Shown here piece after piece: positions 6,408 to 14,833 of a DNA stretch of 25,643 nt (positions are counted from its first letter, which is position 1; the number at the start of each line of letters is the position of its first letter). The translations under genes and the position numbers were made by a program. The DNA comes from a virus. The notes beneath the pieces were generated by a model. That model was given only the letters and a program-made list of their open reading frames with translations. It was not told the origin of the DNA and did not search any database. The stretch lies in the IMG/VR virus record IMGVR_UViG_3300045988_021320; one strand, given 5' to 3'.

Positions 6408-6785
6408 ATGATAAATTACACTATTCCAAAGGACATTGAAAAGGATGCTAAGGTATATATGCAGAATGTACTAGAACAGCTAGATAGTACTGGTATGTTA
6501 GAGAATGTGGATAGTGCAGCTTTAACGATGCTGGCTAGAAACTACAGTATGTTCATTAAGGCATCCAAACAGTTAGAAGATGAAGGTTTGACTGTTACCA
6601 GTGATAGGGGTAACATTGCACCGCACCCAGCTATTAAGATTGCTAAAGATGCTCAAACGCAAGCTATGAAAGTTATGCTGGAGTTCGGACTAACAGCTAA
6701 GGCTAGAACTAAATTGCCTAAAGTAGAACAGGACGGGTATAACCCATTTGAGCAGTTTATAAAGGAAGGAAAGGAAACTAGGTAA
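6408..6785 (+). CDS. terS: Terminase small subunit (P27-family-like)
   Basis: 125 aa ORF directly upstream of and overlapping terL. The C-terminal PHPAIKIAKDAQTQAMKVMLEFGLTAKARTKL matches the P27-type GLTP.sR.kL signature. Confidence 0.85.
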   Translation: MINYTIPKDIEKDAKVYMQNVLEQLDSTGMLENVDSAALTMLARNYSMFIKASKQLEDEGLTVTSDRGNIAPHPAIKIAKDAQTQAMKVMLEFGLTAKARTKLPKVEQDGYNPFEQFIKEGKETR

Positions 6786-8413
6786 TGAATACCAAACTTT
6801 ACTATGAATATTGTAGTAGGGTTCTTAATGGTGAAATAATAGCTGGTGAAACTATTAAGCTGGCTTGTAAGAGATTCCAGAATGACCTGCAAAGGGATGA
6901 TTTGGAATTTAAAGAGGACAAGGTAGATAGAGCCATTCTGTTCATTAGCACATTGAAGCATTATACAGGTAGACATTCTGGTAAACCATTCACTTTAGAA
7001 GGATGGCAGCAGTTTATAATAGCTAATATAGTTGGATTCTACTGGAAGGGAACTACTACCAGAAGATATACTAGCAGCTATATAGAAGTAAGTAGAAAGC
7101 AGGGTAAGACAGCTTTAGCTGCTGCTTTATGCTTGTATTATTTAATAGCTGATGGTGAAGATGGTGCAGAAGTATTATTGGCTGCTAATAGTAAAGAGCA
7201 GGCTAAGATAGCCTTTGATATGTGTAGCAAGTTTAGTAAGGGATTGGATTCTAAAGGCAAGTATCTTACAGCCTATAGAGCTGATATTCTGTTTAACCTT
7301 ACTAATTCCAAGTTGAAAGTATTGGCTGCTGATGATAGTAAGCTGGATGGATTTAATGCCAGCTTTGGTTTATTGGATGAATATCACGCTGCTAAGAATA
7401 GTAAAGTACGTGATGTTATTAAGTCCAGTATGGGGATGAGGATGAACCCGCATCTTTGCACTATTACTACTGCTGGCTTCGATAAAACTTTACCCTGTTA
7501 CCAATTAAGAACCGTAGCTATAGAGGTGCTTAATGGCTTAAAGGTAGATGATGAAATGTTTATAGCTATCTATTCTTTAGATGCTGATGATGATTGGAGA
7601 GATGAAAAGAACTGGGTTAAATGTGCACCAAACTTGGATATTACAGTAACTTCCAAATACATTAGAGGACAGGTACAACAGGCAATAAATAACCCTGCTG
7701 ATGAAGTCGGAGTTAAAACTAAGACTTTGAATTTATGGTGTGACAGTTCTAATGTGTGGCTACCAGAGGACTATATTATTAAGTGCAGTCAGGAAGTAGA
7801 CCTTAATAAGTTTGCTGGTATGGATTGCTATGTAGGTGTGGATTTGGCTGCTACTTCGGATTTGACTGCTGTAGCCTACTTAGTAGTACTGGATGGTACT
7901 TACCACTTCAAAACACATTACTATCTTCCAGAATCGGCATTAAAGGATAAGGCAGATAAGGAACTTTACAAATACTGGAAGCAGCAGGGGTATCTTACTG
8001 TTACCAGTGGTAATGTTACCGATTATGACTATATAACTACTGATATGCTTAGATATGCTGATGTAGTTAATATCCAGTCTGTAGGATATGACAAGTATAA
8101 TGCTACACAATGGGCTATAGATTCTACAGAGCAGGGATTACCATTAGAAGAATATCCACAAACACTAGGTAACTTTAATATGCCTACTAGAGAACTGGAA
8201 AGGCTGATACTATCTGGTAAGGCAGTTATTGATAACAATGAAATAAATAGGTACTGCTTTAGAAATGTTACTTTGAAGTCTGATTATAATGGTAATGTTA
8301 AACCGAATAAGGCAGTAGATAAGAAGAAGATAGATGGAACTATAGCAATGATACAGGCTTTAGGTATGTATCTGAGAACACCACATTACACAAATGAAAT
8401 ACTGACTATTTAA
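6785..8413 (+). CDS. terL: Terminase large subunit
   Basis: 542 aa. Contains GKPFTLEGWQQFII, a Walker-A-like SRKQGKT, and LLDEYH. Nuclease half with VGVDLA...D. Positioned between terS and the portal gene. Confidence 0.9.
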   Translation: MNTKLYYEYCSRVLNGEIIAGETIKLACKRFQNDLQRDDLEFKEDKVDRAILFISTLKHYTGRHSGKPFTLEGWQQFIIANIVGFYWKGTTTRRYTSSYIEVSRKQGKTALAAALCLYYLIADGEDGAEVLLAANSKEQAKIAFDMCSKFSKGLDSKGKYLTAYRADILFNLTNSKLKVLAADDSKLDGFNASFGLLDEYHAAKNSKVRDVIKSSMGMRMNPHLCTITTAGFDKTLPCYQLRTVAIEVLNGLKVDDEMFIAIYSLDADDDWRDEKNWVKCAPNLDITVTSKYIRGQVQQAINNPADEVGVKTKTLNLWCDSSNVWLPEDYIIKCSQEVDLNKFAGMDCYVGVDLAATSDLTAVAYLVVLDGTYHFKTHYYLPESALKDKADKELYKYWKQQGYLTVTSGNVTDYDYITTDMLRYADVVNIQSVGYDKYNATQWAIDSTEQGLPLEEYPQTLGNFNMPTRELERLILSGKAVIDNNEINRYCFRNVTLKSDYNGNVKPNKAVDKKKIDGTIAMIQALGMYLRTPHYTNEILTI

Positions 8414-9645
8414 TGGGAATTTTTACTAATTGGTTTAAAAAGAAAGAACCAGAACAGGAAACCAGAGGGTTATTCTGTGATTCCTTAATGTATAATATGA
8501 ATGGCGGTTATACCACTAATAAGGCTATGTTATTATCTACAGTCTACAGGTGTGTAGATGTTATTAGTGATGCAGTAGCACAGCTTCCATTAGAGCCATA
8601 TTATATTACTGATTCTGGTTATAAGGAGAAGTTTATTAAGCATCCTACCTACTACTTACTGAACAAAGAGCCGAACAATACGATGAGCAGGTTTACTTTC
8701 ATAAAGACTTTGATAGTAAGCACACTGCTTAAAGGCAATGGATATGCTTATATAGAAAGAGATGCTAAAGGAGATGCAGTAGCACTTCATTATTTACAGC
8801 CAGATTATGTTACTATTACTGAACAGAAGGACGGAATTAAATATAGTGTTGTAGGTATTAAAGGACTGGTAGAGCCTTGTAATATGATTCATATACTGAA
8901 CTTTAGTTATGATGGTATTACTGGAATCAGTACTTTACAACACGCCAGACAGACTTTGGGACTGGCTACAGATTCCGAATCACACGCGCAAGGATTCTTT
9001 AAAGGTGGTGCTAATCTGGCTGGTATTCTTAAAGTACAATCTACTTTAACTGGTAAGCAGAAGGCAGACTTAAAAACTAGCTGGCAGACTGCTTTTAGTC
9101 CTACTACTGGTACACCTAATGGAGTAGCTGTATTAGAAGGTAATATGGATTTCCAGCCTATTACAGTGAATCCTGCTGATGCACAACTATTAGAAACCAG
9201 ACAGTTTAATGTAATTGATATTTGTAGGTTCTTCGGGGTATCACCTGTAAAAGCATTTGACTTATCCAAGAGCAGTTATAGTACTGTTGAGGCTACCCAG
9301 CTGGCTTTTCTTACTGATACATTATCACCATTACTAGAGAAGATAGAATTAGAGTTTGAAAGGAAGCTGTACAAGCCTTCTGAAAGGAGTAGAATAGATG
9401 TAAGATTTGATACTTCTGTATTACTAAGAGCAGACAAACAATCTTTAGCAAACTACTACAATACACTGTTTAATATCGGTGTGGTTAGTGCCAATGAGAT
9501 TAGAAAGCAGTTGGATTTACCTGCTATAGATGGTGGGGATTCTCACTTTATACAGGTTAATCTAATGGAGATTAAAAATGCTGCTAATAACATTCCATCT
9601 AATAACAATATAATCAATGATACAGACAATTTACAAGGGAACTGA
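8413..9645 (+). CDS. Portal protein (HK97 family-like)
   Basis: 410 aa ORF immediately after terL (ATGA overlap). Typical portal-like sequence and length. Confidence 0.85.
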   Translation: MGIFTNWFKKKEPEQETRGLFCDSLMYNMNGGYTTNKAMLLSTVYRCVDVISDAVAQLPLEPYYITDSGYKEKFIKHPTYYLLNKEPNNTMSRFTFIKTLIVSTLLKGNGYAYIERDAKGDAVALHYLQPDYVTITEQKDGIKYSVVGIKGLVEPCNMIHILNFSYDGITGISTLQHARQTLGLATDSESHAQGFFKGGANLAGILKVQSTLTGKQKADLKTSWQTAFSPTTGTPNGVAVLEGNMDFQPITVNPADAQLLETRQFNVIDICRFFGVSPVKAFDLSKSSYSTVEATQLAFLTDTLSPLLEKIELEFERKLYKPSERSRIDVRFDTSVLLRADKQSLANYYNTLFNIGVVSANEIRKQLDLPAIDGGDSHFIQVNLMEIKNAANNIPSNNNIINDTDNLQGN

Positions 9646-9958
9646 CTTAGTATTCAATATTAAGTTGGAAGATAAGGACGGCATTCCCTTTAGGGTAAGA
9701 AACACTTCTGAATTTATACTTAGACTTTACACCACAAACCCAGCAGAGTTTATAGAATGTAGTTTTAAGGGTGGCGATTTGACTGGTATAGTAGAAGAAG
9801 ATAGAATAGATAAGGCGGTTATAAATTCATCTGACCTAGATAAGCTACAATCTGGACTAATCTATTACAGCTACAGCTTTAAAAGTCCTAATGCTATGTT
9901 TAATGATGCTTATTATGATGAGGTAGTTAAAGGGCAGACTAATTATTATTTGAAGTAA
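9617..9958 (+). CDS. Hypothetical beta-rich protein inserted between portal and protease
   Basis: 113 aa ORF overlapping the portal 3' end. No family recognised. Confidence 0.55.
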   Translation: MIQTIYKGTDLVFNIKLEDKDGIPFRVRNTSEFILRLYTTNPAEFIECSFKGGDLTGIVEEDRIDKAVINSSDLDKLQSGLIYYSYSFKSPNAMFNDAYYDEVVKGQTNYYLK

Positions 9959-10458
9959 TGGAACTACAGAGAGCAACTAAAGAAGGAGTATTAGAACTGG
10001 ATAGAATCAGTGCCAAGATTGGTAGTACAGTTAATGCTGTATGGGGTACTATAGAAGGTGATATTACTAAGCAGACCGATTTACAGGATGAACTAAAGAA
10101 GGTAAAGGATAGTATTCCTACTAAAGTTCCTGCTGATGGTGGTAATGCTGATACTGTAAACGGACATACAGTAGAATGTGATGTACCTGCTAATGCTAAG
10201 TTTACTGATACTGTTTATGATGATTCTATTATTAAGGCTGGCATAGCTAATAAGGTGGACAAGGTATCTGGCAAAGGTTTATCTACTAATGACTACACAA
10301 CACCAGAGAAACAGAAACTGGCTGGACTTAGTAACTATGACGATTCTGCATTAAGAAAGTATATTGAATCCTTAGAGGAACAGAACAAGCTATTAAAAGA
10401 ACAGGTAGCAGCATTACAGAATCAGATAGATAATACTGGTTGGATTCTATTGGAATAA
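9958..10458 (+). CDS. Short fibre-like protein with C-terminal coiled coil (possible head fibre/decoration)
   Basis: GGNADTVNGHTV matches the SNADTVDGYH motif of the main tail fibre. Also has the fibre-type repeat KGLSTNDYTTPEKQKLAGL and the heptad-like segment LRKYIESLEEQNKLLKEQVAALQNQIDN. Confidence 0.5.
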   Translation: MELQRATKEGVLELDRISAKIGSTVNAVWGTIEGDITKQTDLQDELKKVKDSIPTKVPADGGNADTVNGHTVECDVPANAKFTDTVYDDSIIKAGIANKVDKVSGKGLSTNDYTTPEKQKLAGLSNYDDSALRKYIESLEEQNKLLKEQVAALQNQIDNTGWILLE

Positions 10459-10468
10459 TGACAATACT

Positions 10469-11017
10469 ATGAGAGAACTAAGAAACTGTAATGAAATTGT
10501 AGAGATGGATTCTAGGACTGTAGAAGGGTATGCTTTAGTATTCGGTAAGCAGTCTAGGGATTTAGGTGGCTTTACTGAAGTAATAGAACCTACAGCCTTA
10601 GAAGGTATTTTAGAAAAGTCTGATATACTATGCTTACTGAATCACAATGAGGATAGAGGTATATTAGCCAGGTCTAAATACGGTACTGGAAGCCTAGAAT
10701 TAACTATAGATGATACTGGACTTAAATACAAGTTTGAAGCACCTAACACTGCTTTAGGTGATGAACTGTTAGAAGGTCTTAGAAGGGGTGATATTAGTAC
10801 TTCTTCATTTGCCTTTACTATCGGTAAAGATACTTGGACTAAGAAGGAAGATGGTAGCTATTTAAGAACTATCAATAGCTTCAAAGAATTATTCGATGTA
10901 TCACCAGTATATAAGGAAGCATATCCAGATACATCTGTAGCATTAAGAAAGATGCAGGATTTAGAGAGCGAGGATTTAAAAGATTACTTCGCTGGACTTA
11001 GAAACAAGGTGGCTTAA
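10469..11017 (+). CDS. Prohead (capsid maturation) protease, HK97 family
   Basis: VEGYALVFGK...GGFTEVIEPTAL...LLNHN pattern. Lies directly upstream of the capsid gene. Confidence 0.85.
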   Translation: MRELRNCNEIVEMDSRTVEGYALVFGKQSRDLGGFTEVIEPTALEGILEKSDILCLLNHNEDRGILARSKYGTGSLELTIDDTGLKYKFEAPNTALGDELLEGLRRGDISTSSFAFTIGKDTWTKKEDGSYLRTINSFKELFDVSPVYKEAYPDTSVALRKMQDLESEDLKDYFAGLRNKVA

Positions 11018-12193
11018 ATGAACACACTGGAACTACTAGACAAAAAGGAACTGCTTAAAAAGAGAGCAGAGGAAATTATATCTGGTGCTGAGAAGGAAGT
11101 AAGAAAGCTAAATGCTGGCGAGCAGGTAGAATTTGATGCACTTACTAAAGAAGTGGCAGATATAGATATTCAGATTAGGAAGATTGAAGAAGATAACCTT
11201 AAACAAACAACACATACAACTAATACTATGAAGGAAAAGTTTTCACTTTTAAAGGCTATCAATGATGTAGCCAATAACAGACAATTAGACGAGAGAGCAC
11301 AGGAAGTAGTAACTGCTGGTATCGCAGAAATGCGCAAGGCTGGTCAGTCTTATAGCGGACAGATTGTACTTCCTATCGAGGAAAGAGGTGATATTAAAGC
11401 TACTGTAGCTACAGCAGGACAGGAGAATGTAGCAGAAGATAAGTTGGGTATTCTTGAACCATTGAGAGCAAGTTTAGTATTGGCACAGGCTGGTGCTTCT
11501 TATATGACAGGACTTGTAGGTAATGTTTCTATTCCTGTTTATTCTGGTTCAAATGTAGGTTGGGCTGGTGAAGTTGATGCTGCTTCTAATGGCGGTGGTA
11601 CATTCTCAGAAGTAAACCTAGAGCCTAAAAGACTTACTGCATATATCGACGTATCTAAGCAGTTCTTAATCCAAGACTCTAATAGTGCAGAAGAAATGCT
11701 AAAGAGAGATATTGTATCAGCTATTTCTAATAAGTTGGAAGCTACTATTTTGGGTACTGCTGCTGGTTCTGCTACACAACCTGCTGGTATGCTTAACGGT
11801 GTAACTGCTGATACTGCTGCTGTTACTTATGCAGACTTTGTAAATATGGAAGCTGCATTAGGTGAGAAGAATGTAAGAGGTGATATTAAGTTTATTGTTT
11901 CACCTTCTGCCAAGGCTGTATTAAAATCTACTGCCAAGAATCAAAATTCTTTCATTATGGAAGGTAACGAGGTAAACGGTTATCCAGTTCTTTGTACTTC
12001 TGCTGTTGCAGGTAAGGGTATTGTTTATGGTAACTTCGCTGATTTGGTTATCGGTCAATGGGGTGGAATTGATTTAACAGTAGACCCATATACACAGGCT
12101 GCTAACGGTAAAGTAAGACTTGTTATCAATGCTTACTTTGATGCTAAGCCTAGAAGGGCAGATGCTTTTGTGAAGAAGGTTTTAAAAGCCTAA
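11018..12193 (+). CDS. Major capsid protein, HK97 fold
   Basis: 391 aa with an N-terminal coiled-coil delta-like domain followed by a typical HK97 MCP body. Follows the protease. Confidence 0.9.
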   Translation: MNTLELLDKKELLKKRAEEIISGAEKEVRKLNAGEQVEFDALTKEVADIDIQIRKIEEDNLKQTTHTTNTMKEKFSLLKAINDVANNRQLDERAQEVVTAGIAEMRKAGQSYSGQIVLPIEERGDIKATVATAGQENVAEDKLGILEPLRASLVLAQAGASYMTGLVGNVSIPVYSGSNVGWAGEVDAASNGGGTFSEVNLEPKRLTAYIDVSKQFLIQDSNSAEEMLKRDIVSAISNKLEATILGTAAGSATQPAGMLNGVTADTAAVTYADFVNMEAALGEKNVRGDIKFIVSPSAKAVLKSTAKNQNSFIMEGNEVNGYPVLCTSAVAGKGIVYGNFADLVIGQWGGIDLTVDPYTQAANGKVRLVINAYFDAKPRRADAFVKKVLKA

Positions 12194-12221
12194 TTATAGT
12201 CTGTTTAATAAGTAGTAAGCT

Positions 12222-12524
12222 ATGTATATAACTTTAGAACAAGCAAAGAAACACCTGCTAGTAGATGAGGATTTTAGGGCAGATGATATGTACATTCTGG
12301 ACTTAATAGCTGTAGCAGAGGATTCAGTATCTAAACATTTAGACATAGCTTTAGATGAATTAGAAGTAGGTGGTACTTTACCACCTGCTATAATTCACGC
12401 TATGTTACTAATGATAGGTAATCTTTATGCAAATAGAGAACCTGTTAGTTATGGTACAGTAGTTAAGATTCCCTATAGTTATGAATATCTGATAGGACTT
12501 TACCGTAAATACACAATTAAATGA
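12222..12524 (+). CDS. Head-tail connector (gp6-like)
   Basis: ITLEQAKKHLLVDEDF..DD..I..LI.AAE is the typical N-terminal signature. 100 aa. Confidence 0.7.
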   Translation: MYITLEQAKKHLLVDEDFRADDMYILDLIAVAEDSVSKHLDIALDELEVGGTLPPAIIHAMLLMIGNLYANREPVSYGTVVKIPYSYEYLIGLYRKYTIK

Positions 12525-12838
12525 GAGCAGGAACATTACATTATCCTATTACCATACAAGAACCTGTAGCTATTAAAGATGGCTATGGTGCTAACTCTAT
12601 TGATTGGAGAGATGTTATTAGCACTAGGTCTAATGTTACTTATAACAGTGGTAATAGACAGAATCAGAATAATGAAATAGTTCATTCTTATACTGTAACC
12701 TTTACTGTTAGATATTATCATAAGGTAAATGAGAATATGAGAATCCTTTGGAATGGAAAGAAGTACAGGATTCTTAGCATAAATCCAGAATTATATAAGC
12801 AATCAACCACTATAGTAACTGAATTGATAAATGAATAA
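12521..12838 (+). CDS. Head closure / head-tail adaptor protein
   Basis: 105 aa. The pattern ...YTVTFTVRYY...MRILWNGKKYRILSI is typical of head-tail joining proteins. Confidence 0.7.
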   Translation: MRAGTLHYPITIQEPVAIKDGYGANSIDWRDVISTRSNVTYNSGNRQNQNNEIVHSYTVTFTVRYYHKVNENMRILWNGKKYRILSINPELYKQSTTIVTELINE

Positions 12839-13331
12839 CATAGAAGTAGATGCCAGACAGGTAGTTTCTATGTTTGCGGATTTGACTAGTAGGCAGCAAA
12901 GGCAGGTTTATAGAAGTGCTTTGAGAAAGGGTGCTGGTATTCTGGCAACAGAAACTAAAAGACAACTAAGACAGGCTTTAGGTAGGGCGGCTTCCAGTAG
13001 AAACTGGTGGAATGGTAGAACTTTAGCAGCAGGGGTTAAATCTAATGCTGACCGAAACGGAGAAGAAGCTAAAGTACACATTATGGGGGACTTTAGATTG
13101 AAGTTCTTTGAAATGGGTACTAGAGTTAGAAGAACCACTGGTAGTAATACTGCATCTGTTAGAGGTCGGAATCCAATAAGAAGGCAGAGAGTATCAGCCA
13201 ATAGAGGTAATATCAATGCGGCACATTTCTTTAGAACAGCTAAAGCCAATAAGGAAAGGGAAATCTTTGATAATATGGATAACCTTATAAGCCAGTCAAT
13301 TCAGAGAATAGCTAATAGAAACAGACGATGA
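12831..13331 (+). CDS. HK97 gp10-like tail-completion/neck protein
   Basis: Position, size (166 aa) and basic, helical N-terminus. Confidence 0.5.
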   Translation: MNNIEVDARQVVSMFADLTSRQQRQVYRSALRKGAGILATETKRQLRQALGRAASSRNWWNGRTLAAGVKSNADRNGEEAKVHIMGDFRLKFFEMGTRVRRTTGSNTASVRGRNPIRRQRVSANRGNINAAHFFRTAKANKEREIFDNMDNLISQSIQRIANRNRR

Positions 13332-13729
13332 GTTTACAAGTAGGCAAAGCAATATATAACCTGCTTAGTAATGATGCTAATGTTACTGGCAGGGTACATA
13401 ATAAAATATATCCCTTAATTGCTGATACTGGTACTACATTTCCCTTTATTGTTTATAGAAGAACTGGTATAGAACCATCTGATAGTAAAGATAGGTTTAT
13501 CTATAAGGAAGATACTTATGTAGAAGTAGTTATAGCTTCTGATAAGTATAATGAAAGCATAGAAATAGCTGATTTAGTAAAGGATGCCTTACAAGGTAAG
13601 AGGGGAATCTATTCAAGTATTAACATACAGGATATTAGAATGACTAATGCAGATGAAGATTACATAGAAGATACGTTCATTCAAAACCTTACATTCAACA
13701 TAAAGACAAATGGCAGGACAAGTAATTAA
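13328..13729 (+). CDS. Tail terminator-like protein (DUF3168-like)
   Basis: VTGRVHNKIYPLIADTGTTFPFIVYRR resembles the rvyp...P.ivy signature. Lies just upstream of the tail tube gene. Confidence 0.55.
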   Translation: MSLQVGKAIYNLLSNDANVTGRVHNKIYPLIADTGTTFPFIVYRRTGIEPSDSKDRFIYKEDTYVEVVIASDKYNESIEIADLVKDALQGKRGIYSSINIQDIRMTNADEDYIEDTFIQNLTFNIKTNGRTSN

Positions 13730-14165
13730 CGGTGGTGACTTAATGCTATTTATTGACGATAAGTCTATAGCATTTGCCACTAGCCACAAACTAAGTATAA
13801 ATGTAGAAACAGTAGAAACCACTTCTAAGGATAGCGGTGGTAAATGGGTAGCTAAGGCTGCTAGAAAGATTAGCTGGAACTGTAGTACCGAGAACCTTTA
13901 TTCTAATGATGGTGAAGGTATGACTTTTGACCAGTTATTCGATAAGCTGACAGCCAGAACACCTATTAAGGCTGTATTCTGTTTAGAGAAAGAATATTCA
14001 ACAAAGAAAGATGAAGTGCCAGAAGGGGGATGGTTGCCAGCCACTACTGGAACATATTCGGGTAATGTTATTATTACAGCACTTGAAGCCAATGCACCTA
14101 ATGGAGATAATGCAACATTTACAGCTTCATTTGAAGGTGTTGGAGCACTTACAAAGACAGCATAA
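13710..14165 (+). CDS. Major tail (tube) protein
   Basis: 151 aa. INGGDLMLFIDDKSIAFATSHKLSINVETVETTSKDSGG.W is typical of siphovirus tube proteins. Followed by a strong hairpin. Confidence 0.75.
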   Translation: MAGQVINGGDLMLFIDDKSIAFATSHKLSINVETVETTSKDSGGKWVAKAARKISWNCSTENLYSNDGEGMTFDQLFDKLTARTPIKAVFCLEKEYSTKKDEVPEGGWLPATTGTYSGNVIITALEANAPNGDNATFTASFEGVGALTKTA

Positions 14166-14169
14166 TTAT

Positions 14170-14215
14170 AAGCCTTTATATCTCTAGGTTATGGAGGTGT
14201 AAAGGCTTTATTATT
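14170..14215 (+). terminator. Hairpin plus T-rich tract after the tail tube gene
   Basis: aagccttta (14170-14178) pairs with taaaggctt (14200-14208), followed by tattattt. Confidence 0.5.
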
Positions 14216-14229
14216 TAATACTTATTGAT

Positions 14230-14523
14230 ATGACTATTAAAGGACAAGACTACAAACTGAAATATACTCTTAGAGCCTTATTTATCTATGAACAGATTAC
14301 AGGTAAGGCATTTGAGCTAAAGACTATCACAGATGAATATCTATTCTTCTACTGTGTCTTAATGGCTAATAATCCAGACAGTTCACTAACCTTTGAAGAA
14401 CTGATAGAAGCCATAGATGAAGATATGGGTATTATGGTAGAGTTCCAGAACTTTTTAAAGAAGGAACTGGAGAAGCAGCAGCTATTCATTACTAATAATG
14501 CGGATGCTAAAAAAAAGTCCTAA
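14230..14523 (+). CDS. Tail assembly chaperone (gpG-like)
   Basis: 97 aa ORF between the tube and tape-measure genes. It ends just after an A8 slippery run. Confidence 0.8.
   Translation: MTIKGQDYKLKYTLRALFIYEQITGKAFELKTITDEYLFFYCVLMANNPDSSLTFEELIEAIDEDMGIMVEFQNFLKKELEKQQLFITNNADAKKKS
14509..14516 (+). promoter_or_regulatory. Programmed -1 ribosomal frameshift site (AAAAAAAA)
   Basis: G frame reads GCT AAA AAA AAG TCC TAA. The -1 frame is open from 14511 through 14831 (checked codon by codon) and contains the 14592-14831 ORF. Confidence 0.75.
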
Positions 14524-14591
14524 CCACTAAGGAGATATATTCAGCCTTAGTAATAGAAGGTGGACTAGACCCAGAATATGTACTAGACAAG

Positions 14592-14831
14592 ATGCAGATG
14601 TATGAGTTAGAACCATTGATTAGCAATCTACATAGGAAGGACAGAAATAGCTGGGAACAGGCTAGAATGGTAGCTTATGTAATTGCACAATGTAACAGCA
14701 CTAAGAAGTTAAAGCCTACTGATATAATGCAGTTTACTTGGGATAGTGATACTATAGGAGAAACATCTATTAGTAATGAAGATATTAAGAGATTGAAAGA
14801 GAAAGCTAAACAATATACAACACATAATTAA
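14592..14831 (+). CDS. gpT-like extension, expressed as a G-T fusion (14230..14831 via -1 slip) rather than from its own ATG
   Basis: Frame is -1 relative to G. There is no stop between the slippery site and 14592. Canonical position before the tape measure. Confidence 0.7.
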   Translation: MQMYELEPLISNLHRKDRNSWEQARMVAYVIAQCNSTKKLKPTDIMQFTWDSDTIGETSISNEDIKRLKEKAKQYTTHN

Positions 14832-14833
14832 AT

